Positions 7,659 to 16,477 of a stretch of 58,619 nt of DNA are shown one piece after another. A program made the translations under genes and the position numbers. The stretch's first letter is position 1, and every line of letters begins with the position of its first letter. The DNA is from a virus (taxonomy: Duplodnaviria; Caudoviricetes). Location: the IMG/VR virus record IMGVR_UViG_3300030202_000422, positions 1-58,619 of that record; one strand, 5' to 3'. Under the pieces are notes generated by a model that was given only the letters and a program-made list of their open reading frames with translations, had not been told where the DNA came from and made no database searches.

Positions 7659-10114
7659 TAGGTATCTCTTTTAGTGTCTTTAACTGTTTTAAGAAGATCC
7701 AAGTCTAATTTAGTGCTGTCTTTTCTACGATCAGCTGCCAGTTTAGCCCCGGCTTTCTGTGCATCGATTTGAAGTTCCTTCTCATCAAGTTCAAGTTGTT
7801 TCGCATCAATCATCGTATCTGCTTGATCTTTCTGCGTTTTTCTCTGTAGATCTGCTGCTTGTAACTGCGTATCAGCCTGATCTTTCTGTGCTTTACGCTG
7901 CACTTCTTGTTGTCTGACTTGCAGTTCTGCTTGCTTTAACTGAAGCAGTGGATCTTGTGCTTGCTGCTGTGCTTTCTGTTGTGCTGCCTTCTGCTGGTTG
8001 GCTTGCGATACTTGTTGCCCAGCTTGCGCCACCACACGAGCCAGATTGACTTCGACCTCTTCCGACAACTCTGAGTTCGGTGCAGGTAGTGGAGCACCCA
8101 TCTTTTCTTCGACCTGCTGGCGATACAAGAACGCCATATGCTCCGCAAGGTGCGCCTGTAGTGCTGCCATGATCTGCTGCCCTTTCGGATTCTGACCGAT
8201 CATCTGAGCTACCATCGGATCTTGCATAAACGCTCTGTGTGCAGCGATATGTGCTTCGTGGTCCTGATAGATAAATGCTCTTAAAGGTTTACCATTAAGG
8301 GCGTCCATGTTCTCACTGACCGGATCGGTAGGTTTAGCGTCATCTTTAGTCGGAACAAGTTTATCGGCATTCTTAACGCCTAGTACTTCGATCATCTGTC
8401 TATGTAGCTGTGGCAAGTCATATATCTGTGGTGCTGACTGTGACATCTGCAATACAGCCTGATACTGAACCACCCGCTGTGCCATCGTAGAACTATTCGG
8501 ATCACTGACGGGTATGACATCCACCATCATGTAATCAGCCTGCCGTGCTGTGACAGAACCTCTTATAGGCTCATAAGAATATTCTGGCGGTGCATACTCT
8601 GCCATGATTGACTTGAGCATCTTAAACTCTTGCTTCATGGCGTAGTGGACACGAGCCTGTACCGCAGCCATCGGCTTCAGCGTTCTTTCCAATAATGCGA
8701 GTGTCGTACCCACAGGAGCATTAGCTGACATATCAGAAATATTCATATCACTGATAGCCCCTAACCGCCTTCCTTCCTGCGTTATCTGATTCAATAAAGC
8801 TAAGAGTGTTTGACTAGGCTCTTTATAAGGAAGCGCCATGATATTATCGCGTATGCTTCCAGACGGTACATCCACATCCTTGAACTCACCCGGCTCTATG
8901 GGCGCATCATCTCCTTTGATACGCAGCCCACGAGTTTTTAGACCCCCCGGTAAATTAGAAAGTGTGCCAGCGTCCACCAACTGCCGTATAAGTGACGTAC
9001 CTGCTTTAGCGTACCCCCCTATTATATGTATCAGACCTAGACCGTAAAACCCAAACCCCGGCACATATACGTAATGTACGAAATGCTGGCGCTTTAACAT
9101 CAAAGGATCGTCAGGGTTCCAGTTACGTCTTATAGCTAAAACTTCAGAAGAACCACGTTCTATTGTTACCACATAAGGTTTAGCAATCTCGTCATCGGAG
9201 TCGTCTACACCCTCAATCACCAGATCTGCGTGTATCTCATACACCGCGTACCGATCATCATCTGTTATAGAATACCCACCTTCTTCCGCTTTACGTTCTT
9301 CTATATCTGTGTGGTACGGCTGCGGCTCACCAAGATCTACCTCTTTGTAAAATCCTGATGCTTGTAATTTTTTAAGCTCGTTCTTTGTCTTACGCATTAC
9401 GTGAGTCACACGCTCTGCGCTCTCTACATTAGACGCTCCGTAAGGGACGATGACATCTTCGGCTGGTATGTACATAGCCATCTGCCGACCGATATTCGGA
9501 TCATAGTAGACTTTCTTAAACGCTGACCCAGCCAGACCAAGACTATAGAGTAGTCGTTCATGCTCCGGTCTGTATTCGACCATGCGCTCTGTAAGCTCGT
9601 AGTTCATGTCAGCTTTGACACGTTGCGCGGCTTCGTCCTTCTCCTTAGTCTCTTCTCCTAAAATCTTTACTCGGACGGGGCCAGCGGCGGGGAAGGTTTC
9701 ACTCATTGCCTCTGCTTGGAAACGTATAGCCGCTTCTGCTAAGACAGTAGAATAAACACCGCAGGCTCCTTCCCAAGGATCATTACGTTCTTCGTATTGG
9801 AACCCAAGAACATCTAAACCTTTTACAAACGTATCAGCCCAATCTTTTCTGCTGGCTGTGTCTGCGTCTACAGAACCTATCAAATCGTCGGATAAACCAT
9901 TAAGCGTGGAGTCATCTAATACTTCAGCCAGATTGTCATCAAAGGCAACCATGTCACCTACATCAGCGTCAGGGACGATGGTTATCTCAACGCTGCCGTC
10001 ATCAAGAGTAACCATCTCAGGGTTAACGATCTCTATTTCAAGACCCTCTTCCTGTTCTAACGCTGCCTCATCAATCCCTGTTGGGGCCGAATATAGTCCT
10101 TTCTCTACTGCCAT
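7658..10114 (-). CDS. Portal protein
   Basis: 818 aa after terL; GSAFKKVYYD and PGFGFYGLGL motifs; Gln-rich C-terminal coiled coil. Confidence 0.85.
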   Translation of the reverse strand: MAVEKGLYSAPTGIDEAALEQEEGLEIEIVNPEMVTLDDGSVEITIVPDADVGDMVAFDDNLAEVLDDSTLNGLSDDLIGSVDADTASRKDWADTFVKGLDVLGFQYEERNDPWEGACGVYSTVLAEAAIRFQAEAMSETFPAAGPVRVKILGEETKEKDEAAQRVKADMNYELTERMVEYRPEHERLLYSLGLAGSAFKKVYYDPNIGRQMAMYIPAEDVIVPYGASNVESAERVTHVMRKTKNELKKLQASGFYKEVDLGEPQPYHTDIEERKAEEGGYSITDDDRYAVYEIHADLVIEGVDDSDDEIAKPYVVTIERGSSEVLAIRRNWNPDDPLMLKRQHFVHYVYVPGFGFYGLGLIHIIGGYAKAGTSLIRQLVDAGTLSNLPGGLKTRGLRIKGDDAPIEPGEFKDVDVPSGSIRDNIMALPYKEPSQTLLALLNQITQEGRRLGAISDMNISDMSANAPVGTTLALLERTLKPMAAVQARVHYAMKQEFKMLKSIMAEYAPPEYSYEPIRGSVTARQADYMMVDVIPVSDPNSSTMAQRVVQYQAVLQMSQSAPQIYDLPQLHRQMIEVLGVKNADKLVPTKDDAKPTDPVSENMDALNGKPLRAFIYQDHEAHIAAHRAFMQDPMVAQMIGQNPKGQQIMAALQAHLAEHMAFLYRQQVEEKMGAPLPAPNSELSEEVEVNLARVVAQAGQQVSQANQQKAAQQKAQQQAQDPLLQLKQAELQVRQQEVQRKAQKDQADTQLQAADLQRKTQKDQADTMIDAKQLELDEKELQIDAQKAGAKLAADRRKDSTKLDLDLLKTVKDTKRDT

Positions 10115-11694
10115 TAGTAATACCCACCCCTGCGTTGTTTGAAGTACCGTATATCCTCTGGCTCATCAGTGGGCAATCGTATAAACCCGCCCTGTCTAAA
10201 TCTCATAAGCGCCATCACTGTTGAGTCAACTAAGTCATCATGGCTCATAAACGGAAAACCTGCAATTTCTTCGATTACCTCTTCTGCCCACCGTGTAGGA
10301 GGAACCCACACCAAACCAGACGCTACAATATCAGATACTGAATTTAATCGTGCAAGTTTATCACCTGATCCTCTATGGGGGGTATACTCAGATACAGGCA
10401 ATCCCATACGCCTCATCTCCTGATACAAGGCCGTACCCGAACTCTTCTTCTCCACAATGAATGCGTCTGGCTCCCACTCGGCATACTCCTCCATAGCCAA
10501 GTCTTTTAGCTCTGGAAACTCCATCCGCTTCTTGATGCTGTTAAGGAGGATGATGTTATACGCTTCATTCTCTTCATTGAGAAACACACCCCACGTAGTT
10601 AACGCTGTGTAGTCAGCCCTGTTGTGAGTTTCTGCTGCTGCGTCCAATGACATGATAACGTACTCACAAGACGGTGGATCACCCTGCTCCCACATCTGCC
10701 ACCACTCACGTTTGACCAGTGCGGCTTCTTCTGCTGTCGGTTCCTGCTGATACTGAGCATTCCACTGGAATGTAGGCATAGATGCCTTGGTTCTGAGTAG
10801 TGCTTCAAGGTCAAAGAACTCAGGCCATAACGGTTTCTGTATTGGTTCTCCTGTTTCTTCGTCATCAATATCAAGAATCGCTGGGAACTCTACCACTTCG
10901 TACTGGTCAGCCCGCTCATTCTGCATCATATCCTTAGTTACACGCCCTGTTAGGTCATCCATGTGCCATCTGGTCTGTATTATGGCTACTCTACCCCCCG
11001 GCATAAGACGAGTTCGAGCACCAAAGGTAAACCAATCGTATGCTTTGGAGAAAACCTCGAAGTTGCCGTTGATTACGTCCTGTTCTGAGTGCGGATCGTC
11101 CACTAATAGTAAATCTGCGCCCCTACCAGCGATAGATGAGCCAATACCACAGGCATAATACTCACCACCTGCGTTAGTATTCCACCTTCCTGCTGATTTT
11201 GAGTCGATTGCCAGCTTTACTGTAGGGAATATCGAGGAATATTCATCTGTAGAGATCAAATTTCGCACTTTTCGACCAAAATCCACCGCCAAATCGGTAG
11301 TGTGGGACACCATCATCACTTTTTTGTTCGGATTACGCCCCAAAAACCACGCCGGGTACATAATAGATACTAAATTCGACTTACCATGCCGTGGTGGTAT
11401 GTTCACACAGATCCGATCTTTGTTACCCTGCTCAATAGACATGAGCATATCGGCTAACAAGCGGTGATGTTTACCCACAATGAAGTCCGACTGCATTCTT
11501 TTACAAAATTCTATGAGATCATCGTAAGCTGCTTGGTTCGCTCGGCGCTCTGCAAGCTCATCCACGATCTTATCAATCTCTAAAATCTCTTCTGCGGTGT
11601 AGTTATCAAGATTATCCAGCATCTGCTGGACCTCTTCTTCCGTAAAACTAAAAGCTGGCTCAGTCATCGTACTCGTCTGGGCCAAATTCTGCAT
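10114..11694 (-). CDS. terL: Terminase large subunit
   Basis: Walker A PPRHGKS, Walker B LLLVDD, IIQTRWH coupling motif, nuclease HDDLVDS. Confidence 0.95.
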   Translation of the reverse strand: MQNLAQTSTMTEPAFSFTEEEVQQMLDNLDNYTAEEILEIDKIVDELAERRANQAAYDDLIEFCKRMQSDFIVGKHHRLLADMLMSIEQGNKDRICVNIPPRHGKSNLVSIMYPAWFLGRNPNKKVMMVSHTTDLAVDFGRKVRNLISTDEYSSIFPTVKLAIDSKSAGRWNTNAGGEYYACGIGSSIAGRGADLLLVDDPHSEQDVINGNFEVFSKAYDWFTFGARTRLMPGGRVAIIQTRWHMDDLTGRVTKDMMQNERADQYEVVEFPAILDIDDEETGEPIQKPLWPEFFDLEALLRTKASMPTFQWNAQYQQEPTAEEAALVKREWWQMWEQGDPPSCEYVIMSLDAAAETHNRADYTALTTWGVFLNEENEAYNIILLNSIKKRMEFPELKDLAMEEYAEWEPDAFIVEKKSSGTALYQEMRRMGLPVSEYTPHRGSGDKLARLNSVSDIVASGLVWVPPTRWAEEVIEEIAGFPFMSHDDLVDSTVMALMRFRQGGFIRLPTDEPEDIRYFKQRRGGYY

Positions 11695-12271
11695 CTACAT
11701 CCAAAACTTCACCGTCAAGCTCCACACTTTGTGTGTACTCAGCATCCACTACGTCTTCTACTTCGATAATCTTTTCGAGTTTACTACGTAACTTATCACG
11801 TAGATCCTCTGTAGATTGGTGGGTAACGGTGACTTCTGACTTCTCTGCGAATAGCCCTACGTCTGAGATCTTACCTAGAAGCTCCAAAGCTCTCATTCGG
11901 ATGCGTGGGTCTTGGTTTTCAGACTCTATAAGTAGTTTGTTTGTTACTAGGTGGCGTATCTGGACTGCGCTTTCTGCAACTGAGTGACCGAACTGCTTTA
12001 AGATTGTGTCGGTAAGCACTAATGCAGGTGGTGTTATCTTAGCTGCCTTAGCATTCGATACAGACTTAGATGTTTTTTCAGGGTCGTCGGCGTAAGACAC
12101 CGCTAATTTTGCAGCTACTTCTTCGTCTTCGCTGGTAGGCTCTATATTCAATCCGTGTTCTGACAATTCCAACGCAGTATTACAAGCGGCTTCAGCCCGC
12201 TCTTTCAAATCCATGTTCGTTATTCCGTCTTCCAACGGAACGCCGATTTCCGGTTTCAGAAGCATCGTCAT
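11660..12271 (-). CDS. terS: Terminase small subunit (putative)
   Basis: First late gene, upstream of terL; helical RMRALELLGKISDVGLF motif. Confidence 0.7.
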   Translation of the reverse strand: MTMLLKPEIGVPLEDGITNMDLKERAEAACNTALELSEHGLNIEPTSEDEEVAAKLAVSYADDPEKTSKSVSNAKAAKITPPALVLTDTILKQFGHSVAESAVQIRHLVTNKLLIESENQDPRIRMRALELLGKISDVGLFAEKSEVTVTHQSTEDLRDKLRSKLEKIIEVEDVVDAEYTQSVELDGEVLDVDAEFGPDEYDD

Positions 12272-12618
12272 ATTTTCGCTGACCTGTGGTCGTTTTGCGA
12301 AATATACAGGAGGGGGACACAGAGGAAAAGTGAGAATTATTTGAAATGTTACTTTTTTTATTTTAGTGGCGCATAAGTTTTTAATTGTAACTTGTTATAT
12401 GTGAATAGTTAGAAGTGAAAGAAATTAAGCCCGCCTAGTTTAATTTTACAAAAAAATTTTTTTCAAGGAGGTTTGGGACTCCAAAGGGGGGTGTTTCCAT
12501 ATATGAGGGGGGTGGGGGTCGAACTCAGAGAAAAACGGATTTGTTTGAGGAAATTAGTAATATACAGACACGCATACAGCTGCGACGTACAGCGGGCCAT
12601 AGGGGTGGGGTGGGTAAT

Positions 12619-12636
12619 GTTATAACCAGTTATAAC
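12619..12636. promoter_or_regulatory. GTTATAAC-CA-GTTATAAC operator-like site 1
   Basis: Exact 18-mer, also at 13409, 13893 (reverse), 14394 and 17920. Confidence 0.75.
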
Positions 12637-12641
12637 AAAAG

Positions 12642-12669
12642 TTGCGTGTAACTTCTTATATGTTACAAT
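12642..12669 (+). promoter_or_regulatory. sigma70-type early promoter
   Basis: TTGCGT-N16-TACAAT with TG extended -10, upstream of 12718. Confidence 0.6.
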
Positions 12670-12717
12670 GTACGGAATCCCGCTCATGTCGAGACGGGTA
12701 TAAACAGGAAAAGTACT

Positions 12718-13194
12718 ATGGCTACAACATACAACAAAGCACAACTAGCAGAATTGACAGCGTTTGCAAAGGGTGAGGAAAAGCAGAGCAACCAAATTGC
12801 AAAGCTCAATAAGCTCGGTTTTGAATTTGCGGATTTCAGAAAATCGCACGAAGATTGCAACGTTGATAATTTCGCCGTGTGTCGCGAGGCGATCATTGCT
12901 GGGCTACCAGCAAAATCCCGGTCTCTCATATGCATGGCATCGCGTGAAGTACCAGCGCACCAACGCGAGGCGCGACGTACAGCGCAACAATCTATAGGTG
13001 CTTACATGGGGCGTGCTTATAAGAGCTTGAAAAAGCTCCAGTCTGACAGCGAGGGCGAGGCCGTGGAAGTAACAGAGCTTTACAAAATCCAGCAAGTACT
13101 GATCGGCCTAGTAAAACGCGCCGGGAAAGATAATTCTGGAGTAAGTAAAAAGGCGATTGCTGGCATGAACGCGGCTCTAGAAATGCTCGGTTAA
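12718..13194 (+). CDS. Hypothetical early protein (monocistronic)
   Basis: 158 aa, AGGA RBS, own promoter and terminator. Confidence 0.75.
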   Translation: MATTYNKAQLAELTAFAKGEEKQSNQIAKLNKLGFEFADFRKSHEDCNVDNFAVCREAIIAGLPAKSRSLICMASREVPAHQREARRTAQQSIGAYMGRAYKSLKKLQSDSEGEAVEVTELYKIQQVLIGLVKRAGKDNSGVSKKAIAGMNAALEMLG

Positions 13195-13216
13195 TCTCAA
13201 ACTACATAGGACAATC

Positions 13217-13240
13217 AAGGGGGCTTCGGCTCCCTTTTTT
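13217..13240 (+). terminator. Rho-independent terminator
   Basis: AAGGGGGC-TTCG-GCTCCCTT followed by a T run. Confidence 0.85.
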
Positions 13241-13327
13241 GTGTCCAAATTTTCTATCCATGTAACATCTCACCAGATCTAATTTACCCAACCCAGTTAT
13301 CCACAGGCAGCAGATATTTTTTATCTT

Positions 13328-13405
13328 TGATAACAGTTCCCTTGTTGCGCTGCGCCTCTGGTTTGCGTGGCCCCTGATAACAGTTCCCCCGTTGCGTTGC
13401 GCCTC
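13328..13405 (+). repeat. 31-bp imperfect direct repeat x2, TGATAACAGTTCCC..GTTGCG.TGCGCCTC
   Basis: Copies at 13328-13358 and 13375-13405. Confidence 0.8.
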
Positions 13406-13408
13406 ATT

Positions 13409-13426
13409 GTTATAACCAGTTATAAC
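13409..13426. promoter_or_regulatory. GTTATAAC-CA-GTTATAAC site 2
   Basis: Exact match. Confidence 0.75.
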
Positions 13427-13442
13427 AAATTGCTTTGTAACC

Positions 13443-13742
13443 AATGTTCCCTTTTTTAATTGCAAAAAGGAACAAATGAAGCGTGGTTTCTGATGGTATC
13501 TGATGGTATGTAATATATGTTTGGTAGTAGGATAGAAGCATATTTTTATAATGTTCCCTTTTTCAAAAAAATTATGAAGCAAGATAAATTTAAGGGGGCT
13601 TCTTTGCGTATTGTTCCCTTTACACACCCTTTACGTCCCAACCCAAGCGGTCCTTCATAATTTTCAAAAAACCGGAACATTAGAACATTACTTTATTTTC
13701 AAGCACTTGCCAGCCTACCTAACGGAACATTACGGAACATTT
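13443..13742. other. Candidate replication origin/iteron region
   Basis: AT-rich and non-coding; TGTTCCCTTT at ~13445, ~13552, ~13612 and inverse-oriented CGGAACATT at ~13673, ~13723, ~13733. Confidence 0.45.
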
Positions 13743-13788
13743 CATTAGAAGTCATTACATGGGACTATTAACTATTTTATGGTAACAC

Positions 13789-13817
13789 TTGACATTACCT
13801 ACTAGATGTGAGAAGAT
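13789..13817 (+). promoter_or_regulatory. Putative early promoter
   Basis: Perfect TTGACA, 17-bp spacer, weak -10 (GAAGAT), upstream of the early operon. Confidence 0.4.
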
Positions 13818-13892
13818 ACATGATGGCTAGCGTACCTCACGGTTTACGCTTGTCTGTAACAGGTTATATCCTTTTATAGCATATGCGTATTT

Positions 13893-13910
13893 GTTATAAC
13901 TGGTTATAAC
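13893..13910. promoter_or_regulatory. GTTATAAC-TG-GTTATAAC site 3 (reverse orientation)
   Basis: Reverse complement of the 18-mer, 30 bp before the first early-operon ATG. Confidence 0.75.
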
Positions 13911-13939
13911 ATTTTATAAACTAAGAAGTAGGAGATCGT

Positions 13940-14110
13940 ATGCAGATTATTGCACTGTTTGTAGGTGGCATATTGTTCGGAGCTTCGACGATTGGCATAT
14001 GTGTTATTGGTCCCACGGCTACGGCTTGGACCTTACCGCTTGTATCAACGCTCGGATGTTTCGCGGTATCGCTTGGGCTTATCTTGATGGGTTCCATCAA
14101 ATCACTGTAG
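13940..14110 (+). CDS. Small two-TM membrane protein, 56 aa, not in the ORF track
   Basis: AGGAGA RBS; MQIIALFVGGILFGASTIGICVIGPTATAWTLPLVSTLGCFAVSLGLILMGSIKSL; its stop overlaps the next RBS. Confidence 0.75.
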   Translation: MQIIALFVGGILFGASTIGICVIGPTATAWTLPLVSTLGCFAVSLGLILMGSIKSL

Positions 14111-14119
14111 GAGAAGTTA

Positions 14120-14392
14120 ATGGAAAGAAGAGAATACGAAGGTTGGTATAACTACGAAACTTGGCAGTGTGCGCTCTGGTTAGACAATGACAGAGATCTC
14201 TATCATGCAGTTAAGTTCTGCTCTGATGAAGAGGAGTTACGAGAGCTTGTTCACGACCATCTATATGAAGATATGAAGAGTGCCGCGAGTCTAGCTACTG
14301 ACATCGTGAACGCTTGGATGACCGAAGTTAATTACAACGAGATCTGGAACAGATACGAAGAGGCGAATGCCAAGGAGAAAGATGATGAATGA
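14120..14392 (+). CDS. Conserved hypothetical early protein (YEGWYNYETW family)
   Basis: AGGAGA RBS; Y.GW.NYETW motif common in phage early genes. Confidence 0.75.
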   Translation: MERREYEGWYNYETWQCALWLDNDRDLYHAVKFCSDEEELRELVHDHLYEDMKSAASLATDIVNAWMTEVNYNEIWNRYEEANAKEKDDE

Positions 14393-15344
14393 TGTTATAA
14401 CCAGTTATAACAATGAGAAGCCCGACCTCAGTGATATGCCATCACTGTCGAAGTCGGCTAGGTTGGTGTTGCTCAACATTAGTTGTTGGACCGCACGTAA
14501 GAAGAACAAAAAAGAGTCTGAGAAAGTGGCGATTGCTAACGGTGCTGACCCCAAAGCGGTGTCAGTCAACAACGGCCTGATGGCTACATCGGTCGAGTTG
14601 GATCAGTTGCAAAAGCACGTTGGGTTATGGCGTAAAGCACACACACGTTTGACCGCTCCGTGGATGGGTACGGGTTATGCTTTCCTACCCAATGCCGCTT
14701 GGATGATGAAGTACCAGAAAGAGATGAGTGTGTTCTCTAATAAGTATGACTCGTTACTAGCATCGTTCCTGAGTAAGTACGAGCAGGATCGCATTACTTC
14801 GATGGCTGCGTTGGGTAACATGGCTGATATGTCGAACTACCCTGACCTTCTGACCGTAAGAAGAAAGTTCAAGTGGTCACTGACATACCATCCTATATCT
14901 GAGGTAGATACAGGTGACTCGTTCCTAGATGATCTCGAAGACGATCAACGTGCATACATGGAAGAACAGCTGGGCGATACCATGCGAGGGCAACACGAGA
15001 AGTTCTTACATGAAGCAATGGACGGTATGGTCAACAGTATCTGGGCTAGGTTGTACGACAATCTTACAAGACTGAGTTCTAATCTTAGGATTCAAGAGGA
15101 CGGTACACCCGGTAGGATACACGAGTCGGTGTTCAATACGACTGTCGAGTTGGTGAATATGATGCGTGAGTTCAATGTATCAGGTAATCCTCAGTTGGAT
15201 GCCATGCGTCAAGAGTTGGAGTCAGCATTAGCTGGCGTAAGTGTGGAAGGTATCAAGCACAGCAGTACGCTGCGTGAAGTTACCAAGGGCAAGGTTGATT
15301 CTGTCAAAAGCAGGATCGAAGCATTGCCGAGTTTGGATCTGTAG
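14382..15344 (+). CDS. Helical hypothetical protein (DUF3150-like) partnering the AAA/VWA genes
   Basis: AAGGAGA RBS before 14382; LTAPW..G..FLP and YPD..VRRKF motifs; upstream of the AAA gene. Confidence 0.6.
   Translation: MMNDVITSYNNEKPDLSDMPSLSKSARLVLLNISCWTARKKNKKESEKVAIANGADPKAVSVNNGLMATSVELDQLQKHVGLWRKAHTRLTAPWMGTGYAFLPNAAWMMKYQKEMSVFSNKYDSLLASFLSKYEQDRITSMAALGNMADMSNYPDLLTVRRKFKWSLTYHPISEVDTGDSFLDDLEDDQRAYMEEQLGDTMRGQHEKFLHEAMDGMVNSIWARLYDNLTRLSSNLRIQEDGTPGRIHESVFNTTVELVNMMREFNVSGNPQLDAMRQELESALAGVSVEGIKHSSTLREVTKGKVDSVKSRIEALPSLDL
14394..14411. promoter_or_regulatory. GTTATAAC-CA-GTTATAAC site 4, inside the 5' end of a CDS
   Basis: Exact match. Confidence 0.7.
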
Positions 15345-15381
15345 TAACAATTAACATAAACAACAAAGTAAGGAGATTGCC

Positions 15382-16476
15382 ATGCTAGGGAATATGCATA
15401 GCTTAGGTTTGGATCAGTGTTCGGAGTTAATCAAAGCGATAGGCAGTGAGGTCACTGTTCTACTGCGCGGTGACATGGGTAACGGTAAGACATCTGTAGC
15501 GAAGACGTTACAGGAAGACTTGCCAGAACATATTCTGTGTATGCTCGACTGTAGTAGTTTGGATCTGGGTGATCTGGCGATACCCAACCTCTCGCAAGCA
15601 GAGACAGAGAAGTATGTGTCGTTTGCTGTCAACGAGGCGTTGGGCCTACATCTGGGTAAGCCGGTGATCGTGTGTCTCGATGAGTTCGGTAAAGCGAATC
15701 CAGCAGTGAAGACTGCGTTATGTCGGTTCATGTTAGAACGGCAGTTCGGTACGTTGTCTCTACATCCTGACTCGATTGTGTTTGCTACCACGAACAAGGG
15801 TGCTGAAGGTGTGGGTGACTTGTTACTACCACACCAGCGTAACAGGATTGCGATTGTGGATGTACGCAAGTCTACGGCTGAAGAGTGGGTGATATGGGGT
15901 ATCAACAACGGTATCGATCACTCGCTACTAGGTTGGGTCAAACAGAATCCGCAAGTGTTACAGTCATTCGAGGATGTCGAGAATCCTGATGACAACATAC
16001 ATATCTTCCATCCCAAGGCACAACGTGAGTCGTTTGTCACACCAAGAGCGTTGGAGTTAGCGAGTAAGATATTACACCGACGAGCTTTGTTCGATGGCGA
16101 TACGTTGAAAGCAGCATTGGCTGGTGTGATCGGTGCTCCATCGGCCCAAGACTTCTACTCGTTTCTTACACTGGCTAATAAGTTGCCGTCCTTGGAGTCG
16201 ATCAAAGCCGATCCCAATACAGCGACATTGCCTGATACTCCAGCGACCAAGTGTATGACTATCTATCGTGGGCTGGCTGCTATCGAGCGAGATTGGGTGG
16301 ATGCATGGATGACGTATCTATTGCGATTCGATCCAGAAGCACAGGCATTGTTTGTGAAAGGTGCGCTGAACGAGAAGTATCCAAAGCGTAAGATGATGAT
16401 GCACAACAGCAAGTTCTGTGATTGGGCTGTAGACAACGGTTGGATCAACGCACAAGCAGTAAAGAAGGGGGTATAA
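15382..16476 (+). CDS. MoxR-like AAA+ ATPase
   Basis: Walker A GDMGNGKT, Walker B VCLDEFGK, sensor ATTN, TPR sensor 2. Confidence 0.85.
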   Translation: MLGNMHSLGLDQCSELIKAIGSEVTVLLRGDMGNGKTSVAKTLQEDLPEHILCMLDCSSLDLGDLAIPNLSQAETEKYVSFAVNEALGLHLGKPVIVCLDEFGKANPAVKTALCRFMLERQFGTLSLHPDSIVFATTNKGAEGVGDLLLPHQRNRIAIVDVRKSTAEEWVIWGINNGIDHSLLGWVKQNPQVLQSFEDVENPDDNIHIFHPKAQRESFVTPRALELASKILHRRALFDGDTLKAALAGVIGAPSAQDFYSFLTLANKLPSLESIKADPNTATLPDTPATKCMTIYRGLAAIERDWVDAWMTYLLRFDPEAQALFVKGALNEKYPKRKMMMHNSKFCDWAVDNGWINAQAVKKGV

Positions 16477-16477
16477 C

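Noticed and set aside
12463-13627. Minus-strand ORFs 12463..12744, 12684..12935 and 13202..13627
   Set aside because: They overlap promoters, operators and repeats or lie antisense to a better gene; no RBS and atypical composition
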